Shown here piece after piece: positions 1-9,022 of a stretch of 64,000 nt of DNA. A program made the translations under genes and the position numbers. How positions within the stretch are numbered: the stretch's first letter is position 1; each line of letters opens with the position of its first letter. The notes under the pieces were generated by a model that was given only the letters and a program-made list of their open reading frames with translations, made no database searches and was not told the DNA's origin. This DNA comes from Acidimicrobiia bacterium (GTDB lineage Bacteria; Actinomycetota; Acidimicrobiia; Spongiisociales; ZC4RG35): assembly GCA_028284765.1 (NCBI GenBank), contig JANQRA010000002.1:179832-243831 (forward strand). Direction: 5' to 3'.

Positions 1-269
1 GCTAGCCGATACTGATAGTGGATGTCCGCGATGATCGGAACCGGGCTTCGAGGGACGATCTCCGCCAAACCTTGCGCTGCTTCGACCTCATTGCATGTGA
101 TGCGAACGATGTCGGCCCCAGCCCCAGCCAGGGCATAAACCTGGGCCAGAGTCCCATCGACATCCGCTGTCTTGGTGGTCGTCATCGACTGCACCGTCAC
201 TGGAGCCCCGCCACCAACCGGGACGCTGCCGACATGGAGTTGCCGAGTCTGTTTGCGATCGAAAGTCAC
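1..269 (-). CDS. ispG: 4-hydroxy-3-methylbut-2-en-1-yl diphosphate synthase (N-terminal part, runs off left edge)
   Basis: Manual translation from GTG at 269: MTFDRKQTRQLHVGSVPVGGGAPVTVQSMTTTKTADV...GADIVRITC...PIIADIHY, typical IspG N-terminus; follows dxr-rseP. Not in the ORF track because it is truncated. Confidence 0.95.
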   Translation of the reverse strand, partial: MTFDRKQTRQLHVGSVPVGGGAPVTVQSMTTTKTADVDGTLAQVYALAGAGADIVRITCNEVEAAQGLAEIVPRSPVPIIADIHYQYRL

Positions 270-308
270 GGCCCCACGGTAGATGCGAGCGGGGCACTTA
301 GTTGCAAA

Positions 309-782
309 CTACTTGGACGACTGCCACTCCTTCTTGGCTGCAGCCTTGTTCGACTTCGCCTCGTTGACTGACGCCTTGTACGTTGAGTTCGCGTCCTTCT
401 TGGCCTGGTTGAAGTTCTCTTTGGCCTCTTTGTTGGCAGCCTTCTTCTCGGCCTTGGGAAGCGCCGAGTTCTGCTTCTTGGCCGAGTCGTAGTCAGCTTT
501 GGCAGCTTCCAGCTCGGCGGACTTGGTTGCCTTTGCCTCCTCGATAGCCTTGGTGTACTCGTCCTTTGCGAGTTCCCATTTCTCGTCGGGAGTGAGCTCA
601 GGCTCGGTTTCGGTCTGGGTTGTCGTGCCATCGAATCCCGCGGCGACCTCGTCGAAAGTGTCGCTGGTGGACTCACCGAAGGTTGACACTGCAGCCAACG
701 ATGTCAGTGCAATAACCATCACCAACAGAGCGTATTCGACGAGACCCGTGCCACGATCATCGTTTGCGATGATCAATCTCAT
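309..782 (-). CDS. Flp/Fap (type IVb/Tad) pilin with long C-terminal K/A/E-rich helical extension
   Basis: DDRG|TGLVEYALLVMVIAL: prepilin peptidase site, E+5/Y+6 and hydrophobic helix, then a Thr/Glu linker and 11-residue repeats. Confidence 0.85.
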   Translation of the reverse strand: MRLIIANDDRGTGLVEYALLVMVIALTSLAAVSTFGESTSDTFDEVAAGFDGTTTQTETEPELTPDEKWELAKDEYTKAIEEAKATKSAELEAAKADYDSAKKQNSALPKAEKKAANKEAKENFNQAKKDANSTYKASVNEAKSNKAAAKKEWQSSK

Positions 783-789
783 GTTTCGT

Positions 790-820
790 TTATCGGCGGG
801 TCGAACTGGCGCCCGTATAG
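790..820 (-). promoter_or_regulatory. Putative sigma-28 (FliA/WhiG) promoter for the pilin gene
   Basis: Minus strand reads CTATAC-N17-GCCGATAA-acgaaac-ATG. The -10 is a perfect sigma-28 match; the -35 is weak. Confidence 0.65.
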
Positions 821-844
821 GCCCAGCGACTCGATTCGCTAGAC

Positions 845-1927
845 CTATCCGAGGGATATCGGATTGACAATGTCGAGAATGATCGCCACGAAACCCAGGA
901 AAAACAGCGTGCCGATGACAGCCGCCGCCACCGGCATCAGTTTCTTCATGTTGGCCTGTCGTCCCGTCAACTTCTCGTACAGGGCGACTGCGAAGTGCCC
1001 ACCGTCGAGCGGGAATAGTGGGAGGAGATTGATGGTCGCCAGCACGACGTTGATGAAGGCGAGAATGGCGAGGAACCCAGCGGCGCTCTGCGCTTGAGAT
1101 CCGATTGAGACTATGCCAATCGGACTCACCGGACGGATCTCATCTTCCACCTCGGTGTCGCCAACCAAGACACCCAGGTATTGGGCGAGACTCGAAGGCC
1201 GGAACATTGTGTAGAGCGACTGGAAAGTGCTCTCGATGCCGTTCCAGACCTCACCGCCGGCCCGGCCAGCTGCACTGATCACCCCGTAATCAACGGTTTG
1301 CGCTTGTGGGGCAAAGCCGATGTAACCCCGACCAGGGATGTTGGGATTCTCATCGAGGTCGGTCGCGAGTGTGATCTCCTCACCTGCACGCAGAACCACG
1401 ACATCTGTTGGCCCGGGCCCCACAGAGTCCAAAGCCTCTCCGGTGTCTTCCCAGGTCTCGATGGGGATCCCACCTATGGAGAGGATGATGTCGTTCTCCT
1501 GCAAGCCGGCCTCGGACGCAGGCGACTCGTCGACTACTTGGGCAACAACCGGAACAGCCTCGTTTGCACCGTTGAAGAAAAAGATCCCCCAAAACATCAG
1601 GAACGCAATCAGGAAGTTCATCCCCACACCCGCAAGGACGACAACCGACTTCTCCCAGAACTTCTTCTCGCGGTAGGTCCGGCCCAGGTCTTCTGGTGGG
1701 ACGTCTTCGAGAGGGTTCATCCCGATGATTCGCACGTACCCGCCGAGTGGGAGGGCCTTGATGCCGTATTCGGTTTCGCCCCGCTGCGTCGACCAGATGC
1801 GGGGACCGAAGCCGAAGAAGAATTCCGTGGCTTTCATTCCGGTGGCCTTGGCAGCGAAGAAGTGACCGGCCTCGTGGGCGGTCACGAACAACAGGATGGC
1901 CACAGCTGCGGCGATACCCCCTAGCAC
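845..1927 (-). CDS. rseP: RIP metalloprotease RseP (M50, PDZ)
   Basis: HEAGH zinc motif, PDZ region, NLLPLFPLDGG. Start placed at GTG 1927, which lies 6 nt after TAGCAT. Confidence 0.93.
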   Translation of the reverse strand: MLGGIAAAVAILLFVTAHEAGHFFAAKATGMKATEFFFGFGPRIWSTQRGETEYGIKALPLGGYVRIIGMNPLEDVPPEDLGRTYREKKFWEKSVVVLAGVGMNFLIAFLMFWGIFFFNGANEAVPVVAQVVDESPASEAGLQENDIILSIGGIPIETWEDTGEALDSVGPGPTDVVVLRAGEEITLATDLDENPNIPGRGYIGFAPQAQTVDYGVISAAGRAGGEVWNGIESTFQSLYTMFRPSSLAQYLGVLVGDTEVEDEIRPVSPIGIVSIGSQAQSAAGFLAILAFINVVLATINLLPLFPLDGGHFAVALYEKLTGRQANMKKLMPVAAAVIGTLFFLGFVAIILDIVNPISLG

Positions 1928-1957
1928 CCGCAAATGCTACCCCTGAGGGTGTGGCTA

Positions 1958-3103
1958 CTAACAGACTCCCGGGATGAGGCTTGCAGCCACGGCACGGGCT
2001 TCTCTATCGACCTCGACCACGTCTTCCACGCTTTCCAACTCTCGCCACTCAACGGTTTGGATGCAGCGTTCCACCACGTCGCTGATGCCGAGAAAGCCCA
2101 GCCGACCCTGCAGGAAAGCCTCCACTGCCATCTCGTCGGCAGCGTTCATGACTGCTGGCGCTGAGCCCCCATTGCGTCCTGCTTCGTAAGCGATTCTGAC
2201 AGCCGGGAAGGCTTCATGATCCACTTCCTCGAACGTCAACTGACGCCCAGCTAAGTCGAACGGTGACGTGACACCCTCTGCACGATTCGGCCACGTGATG
2301 GCGAACTGAATCGGCACTCTCATGTCCGGAAAACCCAAGTGCCCTTTCCACGCACCGTCGAGGAATTCGACAGCCGAGTGGAGTATCGACTGCGGGTGGA
2401 CAACGACGTCGATTCGGTCGTAGTCGACATCGAACAAGTAGTGAGCCTCGACAATCTCGAGGCCTTTGTTGAACATCGTCGCCGAATCGACGGTGATTCT
2501 GGGCCCCATTTTCCACGTCGGGTGATTCAAGGCTTCTTCGCGGGTAACTGACGCCAGCTCTTCGCGTTTCCTGCCTCGGAACGGGCCCCCTGAAGCGGTG
2601 AGTATCAGCCGACGAACATCATCGGGGCGCTCGGCGCTGAGACACTGAAAGAGAGCGGAGTGCTCACTATCGACCGGGATCAATTCACCCTTGCCACCGT
2701 CGAGGATGCTTCTGACTACCGGCCCACCAGCGACCAACGACTCTTTGTTGGCTAGGGCTACTCGATTGCCCGCCTCGAGACCAGCCACCGTTGCCCTCAG
2801 CCCGGCAGCACCAACAACGCCATTAATGACGATTGACTCCGGTGTCGCAGCCATTTCCAACAAGGCTTCTGGACCGAAGTCGACTTTGTTGGGCACAGTT
2901 GCCGAAAACGCCTCTCGCTCATCTGAGGCACCACCGACAACAACTATCTTGGCTTCAGGGAATCGAGACGCCAGCTCGGCCATTCGTGGCGACGGACTAC
3001 GAGCGGCGAGTGCTGTAATCGGTAGCTCGAGTGCCTCCGCGACTTCGAGTGTCTGAGTTCCGATCGACCCGGTTGCCCCGAGGACAACCAGCTGCTGGGT
3101 CAC
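1958..3103 (-). CDS. dxr: 1-deoxy-D-xylulose 5-phosphate reductoisomerase
   Basis: LGATGSIG, LANKES, PVDSEH, HPTWKMG, DSATMFNKGLE motifs; GTGA overlap with the cdsA stop. Confidence 0.97.
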   Translation of the reverse strand: MTQQLVVLGATGSIGTQTLEVAEALELPITALAARSPSPRMAELASRFPEAKIVVVGGASDEREAFSATVPNKVDFGPEALLEMAATPESIVINGVVGAAGLRATVAGLEAGNRVALANKESLVAGGPVVRSILDGGKGELIPVDSEHSALFQCLSAERPDDVRRLILTASGGPFRGRKREELASVTREEALNHPTWKMGPRITVDSATMFNKGLEIVEAHYLFDVDYDRIDVVVHPQSILHSAVEFLDGAWKGHLGFPDMRVPIQFAITWPNRAEGVTSPFDLAGRQLTFEEVDHEAFPAVRIAYEAGRNGGSAPAVMNAADEMAVEAFLQGRLGFLGISDVVERCIQTVEWRELESVEDVVEVDREARAVAASLIPGVC

Positions 3104-4308
3104 AGCAGACCGAAACCGCGGAAGAGGACGTAAATGACGGGGACAGCAAAGAGAAATCCGTCGATCCGGTCCAGCATCCCGCCATGACCGGGCAGAACAG
3201 CTCCCATGTCCTTGACCCCGATCGCCCTCTTGACCATCGACTCGGCGAGGTCGCCTATGGGCGCCACCACGCCGACAACTCCTGCCGTGATCAGTGCTTG
3301 AGTCATCGTGATCGACTCCCAGGGAGGGAAGACCACCATCACCGCGGCAGCGACTAGCGCAGCGGCGACACCACCCAGCCAGCCTTCGACGGTCTTCTTG
3401 GGCGAGACCACGGGTGCCAGCGGTCGGCGACCCACGCTTCGACCAACGAAGTACCCACCGATGTCGTTGATCGCAATCACGATGACGATGAAGAAGATGT
3501 GGGCAACCGGGTTGGGCCCGGCAGCGATCAATAGCGCAAACGACAACATCCCGACCCACGCCATGCCCAGGATGGTCGTTGAGGTGTTCCCGAGGGCGTT
3601 GCGTCGCGGCGTCAGGGAGTAGAACAGAATCGTCGCACCCGCGGCTGCCGCCCCCCAACCTGCGATGGCCATGGCGCCGTCGGTTTGGGCCCCCACTCCC
3701 ATCATGATCACGCCCAGAAGCCCGAACAGCGCAAGCGGCTTGTATCCAACAGTCCTCAACGTGGCGTAGAACTCGCCGACGGACACAACCATCACGAGGA
3801 TGACAAAGACCGCGAACCACCAGCCTCCCAGCAGAAGCGAGCCGAGGAACAGCCCGAAGATGACGAGGGCCGACCCCACGCGGAGGGTGAGATCAGACGC
3901 TGCTGCCTGCTCGACGGCTTCGTAAGACTCCTCAGACTGAGATTCGGTCCCCGAGACATCCTCGAAACCAACCAGACCCGACTCGACCCCGGGGAGGGAG
4001 GCGGCTACAGCCTGAAGCTCCCACTCTTCTGTGGAAGCCTTCTCGACCTCTTCCGCAAGACCCTGATACTCCTGCGTGGTGCCTTTCACATACTCCTGTG
4101 ACGTGAAGTCCTCGATGTTCGAGTTTCCCTCGGCCATCGCTTCCCAGTCAGGTGTGGAGTCGTCGGCGTTCTCGTCATCCACCGACTCGGCGTCGTCGTC
4201 AGATTCGTCCGTGCTGACGAAGTCGTTTTCGGTGCCGTCATCGACCTCGATCGCCGGTTCGTCGCCTTGGTCGAAAGGGAGCTCGTCTTTGGTGGTCTCG
4301 TCAGACAC
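3100..4308 (-). CDS. cdsA: Phosphatidate cytidylyltransferase with acidic N-terminal extension
   Basis: SPKKTVEG, GDLAESMVKR..VKD, PGHGGMLDRIDG; follows frr. Confidence 0.95.
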   Translation of the reverse strand: MSDETTKDELPFDQGDEPAIEVDDGTENDFVSTDESDDDAESVDDENADDSTPDWEAMAEGNSNIEDFTSQEYVKGTTQEYQGLAEEVEKASTEEWELQAVAASLPGVESGLVGFEDVSGTESQSEESYEAVEQAAASDLTLRVGSALVIFGLFLGSLLLGGWWFAVFVILVMVVSVGEFYATLRTVGYKPLALFGLLGVIMMGVGAQTDGAMAIAGWGAAAAGATILFYSLTPRRNALGNTSTTILGMAWVGMLSFALLIAAGPNPVAHIFFIVIVIAINDIGGYFVGRSVGRRPLAPVVSPKKTVEGWLGGVAAALVAAAVMVVFPPWESITMTQALITAGVVGVVAPIGDLAESMVKRAIGVKDMGAVLPGHGGMLDRIDGFLFAVPVIYVLFRGFGLL

Positions 4309-4860
4309 TCAGACCTCGAGCAACTCTTCTTCTTTGTTACCAAGGATTTCGTCGATCCTGGCCACAAACCGATCAGTCAGTTTCTGCAGCTCGTCTTCAC
4401 CGCGGTGAATGTCGTCGTCGGAAATCTCTCCGTGGAGTGCCTCCATGTCGGACTTGCTGTGCCTACGAACATTGCGGACCGACACACGCCCCTCCTCAGC
4501 CATGTGCCGAACAACTCGGATCAGTTCCTGGCGGCGCTCTTCAGTAAGCGGTGGGAAAGCAATCCTGACGACCGAGCCGTCGTTGGTGGGGTTCAGGCCA
4601 AGGTCGGCCTGCTGGATGGCGCGTTCGATGTCGGAGACTGTGGACTTGTCGAAGGGTTGAACCACGAGTAGCCGCGGTTCGGGCACCGCTATCGACGCAA
4701 GCTGTTGGAGTGGTGTCGGAGATCCGTAGTACTCCACCTGAATTCGATGCAGTAGCTGTGGGTTGGCACGGCCAGTGCGGACAGTCGAAAACTCCGAACC
4801 TACGTGTTCGACAGCCAACTCCATCTTGTGCTCAGCCTCAGTCAAGAGGTCACTGATCAT
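4309..4860 (-). CDS. frr: Ribosome recycling factor
   Basis: RTGRANP, PPLTEERR, VRNVRR motifs; synteny. Confidence 0.98.
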   Translation of the reverse strand: MISDLLTEAEHKMELAVEHVGSEFSTVRTGRANPQLLHRIQVEYYGSPTPLQQLASIAVPEPRLLVVQPFDKSTVSDIERAIQQADLGLNPTNDGSVVRIAFPPLTEERRQELIRVVRHMAEEGRVSVRNVRRHSKSDMEALHGEISDDDIHRGEDELQKLTDRFVARIDEILGNKEEELLEV

Positions 4861-4869
4861 CGGATCCTC

Positions 4870-5586
4870 CTAGTGGACGACAGTACCGATGCGGTCTCCC
4901 TGAACGGCCTTGATGATGTTCCCAGGGACGTTCATGTCGAAGACGTGAATGGGCACCTTGTGCTCTTTGCACATCGTAACTGCGGTGGTGTCCATGACTT
5001 GGAGTTCCTGATTTATGAACTCCATGTATGACAGCTCGCCGATTTTGGAAGCATCGTCGTTCTCTGCAGGGTCGGCGTCATAGATCCCGTCGACCTTCGA
5101 GGCCTTGAGCAAGGAATCGGCACCGATCTCGATCGCTCGCAATGCGGCAGTCGTGTCTGTTGTGAAGAACGGATTGCCAGTTCCGGCAGCAAAGATCACT
5201 ACCCGACCCTTCTCGAGGTGCCGGATGGCTCGGAGCCTGATGTACGGCTCCGCCAACTCCTGCATCGTGATTGCACTCTGGACCCGGGTGTGCACTCCCG
5301 AATTCTCGAGAGCGTCCCGAAGCGCGAGGGCATTGATCACAGTGGCGAGCATTCCCATGTAATCGGCGTTTGCCGGGTCCATGCCCTGGGCAGCCTGAGA
5401 CACGCCGCGGAAAATGTTGCCGCCACCCACGACAACCGCGACCTCGACTCCGGACTCGTGCGCCTCGGCCACCTCCTCGGCGACCCTTTGCACAGTCCTG
5501 GGATCGATCCCGTACCCGATTTCCGGGTCGGCAAAGGCTTCCCCGGACAGCTTCAGGAGGACTCGCCTGTTGGTCTTCTCTTTCAA
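4870..5586 (-). CDS. pyrH: UMP kinase
   Basis: [27 protein letters not shown]. Confidence 0.98.
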   Translation of the reverse strand: MKEKTNRRVLLKLSGEAFADPEIGYGIDPRTVQRVAEEVAEAHESGVEVAVVVGGGNIFRGVSQAAQGMDPANADYMGMLATVINALALRDALENSGVHTRVQSAITMQELAEPYIRLRAIRHLEKGRVVIFAAGTGNPFFTTDTTAALRAIEIGADSLLKASKVDGIYDADPAENDDASKIGELSYMEFINQELQVMDTTAVTMCKEHKVPIHVFDMNVPGNIIKAVQGDRIGTVVH

Positions 5587-5595
5587 ATGCCTCTC

Positions 5596-6204
5596 CTAGG
5601 CGCCGACGGCGACTCTCGCTACCCGACGCACCGAGATGTTCTCACCCATCTTCGACGCAAGGGCACCGACCATATCGCCGACGGTGCCGTCGTACCGCTC
5701 GGAATTCACGAACTGCTGGTCATAGAGGACGTTCTCTGCGTACCAGGACTCGATCTTGCCCTCGACGATTCGCTCGATCACGTTCTCGGGCTTGCCTTCG
5801 GCGGCAGCCTGACGAGCGATCAGCTCTTTCTCCTTGGCCAAAGCCTCACCGTCGACCTCGTCACGGGTGACCCACTCCGGGCTCGCCCAGCTGACGTGCA
5901 TCGCAATGTCGTCGGCGGTCTGCCGGAACTCATCACTCTTGGCGACGAAGTCCGTCTCACACGACAGCTCGACCAACACGCCGAGGACGGGACGGTCATT
6001 CTGGACGTGGATGTAGTTGCCGATGGTGCCTTCACTGGCATCCCGATCCGCGCGCTTGGCCATCTTCGCTTGACCGCGCTCACGCAACAGCTCAAACGCC
6101 TTGTCTATGTCGCCGTCGGCATCCGTGAGCGCCTTCTTGGCGTCCATCATCCCGACACCGGCGTCCTGGCGGAGTTTTTGAATGTCTTTGGCGGTGATTG
6201 TCAT
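5596..6204 (-). CDS. tsf: Elongation factor Ts (short form)
   Basis: LRQDAGVGMMDAKKAL, ETDFVAK; between rpsB and pyrH. Confidence 0.97.
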   Translation of the reverse strand: MTITAKDIQKLRQDAGVGMMDAKKALTDADGDIDKAFELLRERGQAKMAKRADRDASEGTIGNYIHVQNDRPVLGVLVELSCETDFVAKSDEFRQTADDIAMHVSWASPEWVTRDEVDGEALAKEKELIARQAAAEGKPENVIERIVEGKIESWYAENVLYDQQFVNSERYDGTVGDMVGALASKMGENISVRRVARVAVGA

Positions 6205-6926
6205 TTGGCTTTCGCCTCTTCGGTCTTCGGCTTCTTCTTCTTGGCGATCTCCTTGCCTTCGATGATCGAGTCGGCAAGGGCCGACGCGATGAGATCGGCG
6301 GCGCGAATCGCATCGTCGTTGCCGGGGATCACGTGGTCGATCGGATCGGGGTCGGAGTTGGTGTCGACAAGGGCGATCACCGGGATCTTCAACCGATCTG
6401 CCTCTTTGACAGCCGTCGCTTCAGTGTTCACGTCCACGATGAAGACCGCATCAGGCAACTTGGCCATGTTGGCAACCCCGCCGAGGTTCTGCTCGAGCTT
6501 TTCCAGCTCGCGGCGCAGCTTGAGACGTTCCTTCTTTGGGAGGTTGTTCATCTCATCGGTGTCTTCGAGACGGCGAAGCTCCTTCATGTAGAAGACACGC
6601 TTCTGGATCGTCTGGAAGTTGGTCAGCATGCCGCCCAGCCACCTGTAATTGACATAGGGCGAGCCCGACCTGGTAGCCGCGTCAGCGACTGCGCTCTGCG
6701 CCTGCTTCTTGGTGCCGACAAACAACACCGAGCCACCGTTGGCGGCGATGTTCTTGACGAACTCGAGCGCATCCGCAACCTGAGTGACCGTCTGGCGGAG
6801 ATCCACGATGTGAATCCCGTTTCTCTCCCCGTAGATATACGGGCGCATCTTGGGGTCCCAACGTCGGGTCTGATGACCGAAATGGACGCCGGCTTCCAAG
6901 AGCTGTTTCATTGTGACTTCAGCCAC
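6201..6926 (-). CDS. rpsB: 30S ribosomal protein S2
   Basis: LLEAGVHFGHQT, RWLGGMLTN, PGNDDAIR. Confidence 0.99.
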   Translation of the reverse strand: MAEVTMKQLLEAGVHFGHQTRRWDPKMRPYIYGERNGIHIVDLRQTVTQVADALEFVKNIAANGGSVLFVGTKKQAQSAVADAATRSGSPYVNYRWLGGMLTNFQTIQKRVFYMKELRRLEDTDEMNNLPKKERLKLRRELEKLEQNLGGVANMAKLPDAVFIVDVNTEATAVKEADRLKIPVIALVDTNSDPDPIDHVIPGNDDAIRAADLIASALADSIIEGKEIAKKKKPKTEEAKAK

Positions 6927-7054
6927 AATTGCTCCTTTCTGGTTGTTCCTCCGCCCGCTGGGTCTGACCCCCGCCAGGAAAACCTGCGGCCCTCTTCAAA
7001 TGTGTCTCGTGAGAGACACACCACCTTCGAGGGGTTGTTCGGGCGTGCGTAGTG
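6927..7054 (-). promoter_or_regulatory. Structured rpsB 5' leader (S2 autoregulatory / t44-like RNA)
   Basis: TACAAT -10 at 7061-7066; 5' CGCCCG can pair with 3' CGGGCG just before GAGGAACAACC; internal hairpin TGTGTCTC/GAGACACA at 7001-7020. Confidence 0.7.
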
Positions 7055-7122
7055 CCACGGATTGTAAAGGCCACCCGTAGCCTTGGTAAATCGACAGTCT
7101 CACAACTTCGCGTCTTCGGACG

Positions 7123-8187
7123 GTGGCCGAGTCCCACGGGATGGTCGGCTTTGGCGTGACGGATGCCGCCAGATTCGCCGAGGCGCGGGACACTCTTTTC
7201 ACCAATCGTGACTCCGGGATGGCCGGGCCCCTCCGTTTCACTTATGGCGACCCGGAGACAGCGACCGATGTGAAGGCGACATACCCGTGGGCCAAATCCC
7301 TGGTCGTCGTAGCCCATTCCTACCTACGAGAGACCGAATCGCCGGCTGACCGCGCACCACAAGTAGGTCGGTTTGCGACGGCGGACCACTATCGCCCCTT
7401 GCGAGAGGCGACCGCGGCGGTTGCTGCCGAGCTGATAGAGCAGGGGTTTCGAGCCGAGGTCCTCATCGACGACAACCGACTGGTCGATCGTGCGGTTGCG
7501 ATACGGGCCGGCGTTGGCTGGCTGGGGCTGAGCACGATGGTGCTAGTCCCTGGCCACGGGCCGTGGACGTTGCTGGGCACGGTCGCCACCGACGCCCCTC
7601 TTGACACCACCCCACCCATGGAGAGGACGTGTGGCACCTGCACCGAGTGCATTCCGGCCTGCCCCACAGGGGCCATAACCGCCAGAGGCGTCGACGCCAG
7701 ACGATGCATATCGGCTTGGCTCCAGGCACCCGGCCACCTCCCCCATTGGATACGACCCCATGTCGGGACACGCATCTATGGATGCGACGACTGTCTCACG
7801 TCGTGCCCGCCAGGCCATCCCCCGATGAACAAGGTGAAGGTCAGCCCCTCGCACCTCGAGTTCGCTGAGCTGCTGGGGAGCGAGGACCCCGAACTCAGAG
7901 AGCGTTTTGCCTGGTGGTACATCCCCAACCGCGATCCCAGGTTCCTCCGGCGCAACGTCGTGGTGGCGGCCGGAAACTCCGGCAGCCTGAGCCTGAGCGA
8001 AGCCATTGAGAGCCAATTCGAGCATCGCAGCTCACTGGTCAGAGGGCACGCATACTGGGCCTACGCCCGACTCCTCGGCGTCGAGGCATGGCATCGGCTG
8101 GAAGTGGCCTACAGGAGAGAGCGATTCCCCGACGCGGCGTCAGAGCTGGAAAGGGCATTCCTCATGTTGCGACGGCCGACCGTGTGA
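7123..8187 (+). CDS. queG: Epoxyqueuosine reductase
   Basis: Two 4Fe-4S motifs (CGTCTECIPACP; YGCDDCLTSCP), DARRCIS, LRRNVVVAAGN. The true start may be ~11 codons upstream. Confidence 0.92.
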   Translation: MAESHGMVGFGVTDAARFAEARDTLFTNRDSGMAGPLRFTYGDPETATDVKATYPWAKSLVVVAHSYLRETESPADRAPQVGRFATADHYRPLREATAAVAAELIEQGFRAEVLIDDNRLVDRAVAIRAGVGWLGLSTMVLVPGHGPWTLLGTVATDAPLDTTPPMERTCGTCTECIPACPTGAITARGVDARRCISAWLQAPGHLPHWIRPHVGTRIYGCDDCLTSCPPGHPPMNKVKVSPSHLEFAELLGSEDPELRERFAWWYIPNRDPRFLRRNVVVAAGNSGSLSLSEAIESQFEHRSSLVRGHAYWAYARLLGVEAWHRLEVAYRRERFPDAASELERAFLMLRRPTV

Positions 8188-9022
8188 GCTCCGCAACCTC
8201 CAAGAACCGCGAGGTCTGATCGACAGGATCTGCTTCTGGCCAAAAGATGAAGCCATCAAGCTGATAGTCGCGATGGAGCATCGACAATTGGTCCACCCAT
8301 TGCTCGACGGGTCCCCGGTAATCCCCTTCGGAAGCCGTTGAAGTGATCATTCCTTGCACGTTGGCCACGCGACGTATCGACCTCGGATCACGTCCAGCCT
8401 CGGTAGCCGCGCGATCAATCATCTGGTTCTTCTCGGCTAGCACTTTCAAAGGCATCGTCGAGATCGAAGGCACCCAGCCATCCGCTTTCTCACCGAGCAT
8501 TCGAAGGGCTCTTGGCCCATAGACCCCGAGCCAGACACCGGTGTTTCGAACCGGAGCAGGGCCAGGTTTGACTCCTGCCAACTGGTACTGGCTCCCTCGG
8601 TAGCGCACCGATCTCTCATCACTCCACATCAGTTGGATTACGTCGAGTGCCTCAGACAACGCAGAGAGGGCCTCACCGGGAGAAAGCCGTTGCCCTCCCA
8701 TGGCTTCGATCGCCTCCCAGAATGACCCGGCGCCGAGCCCCAGTTGGAACCGGCCGTCACTCAGCACATCGATGGTGGCCGCCTGTTTGGCGAGCACAGC
8801 GGGACTTCGCAGCGGCAAGGAGGCGACATCGGTGAACACGGTGACCCTCGAAGTTCGAGCTGTCATCCAGCTGACCAAGGCCATAGTCTCCATGTACCTG
8901 CGCTGATAGGGATGGTCCTGAACCCCTATTAGATCCAGCCCCTCATCAGCGATCCTGACCTGCTCCATGATGACCTCGCGGTCGGCCGTGTTGGGCACCG
9001 GAAACACTCCGAACTCGATCAT
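8162..9022 (-). CDS. LLM-class (luciferase-like) flavin/F420-dependent oxidoreductase
   Basis: QDHPYQ, LAKQAATIDVLSDGRFQLGLGAG, GPRALRMLGEKADGW. Confidence 0.88.
   Translation of the reverse strand: MIEFGVFPVPNTADREVIMEQVRIADEGLDLIGVQDHPYQRRYMETMALVSWMTARTSRVTVFTDVASLPLRSPAVLAKQAATIDVLSDGRFQLGLGAGSFWEAIEAMGGQRLSPGEALSALSEALDVIQLMWSDERSVRYRGSQYQLAGVKPGPAPVRNTGVWLGVYGPRALRMLGEKADGWVPSISTMPLKVLAEKNQMIDRAATEAGRDPRSIRRVANVQGMITSTASEGDYRGPVEQWVDQLSMLHRDYQLDGFIFWPEADPVDQTSRFLEVAELTRSAVAT

Noticed and set aside
3104..3820. 620-aa ORF suggesting a Dxr fusion
   Set aside because: The extension is an alternate frame inside cdsA; Dxr homology starts at GTG 3103.
5218..6591. 457-aa plus-strand ORF
   Set aside because: Antisense shadow of pyrH/tsf/rpsB, typical of high-GC codon bias; no motifs.
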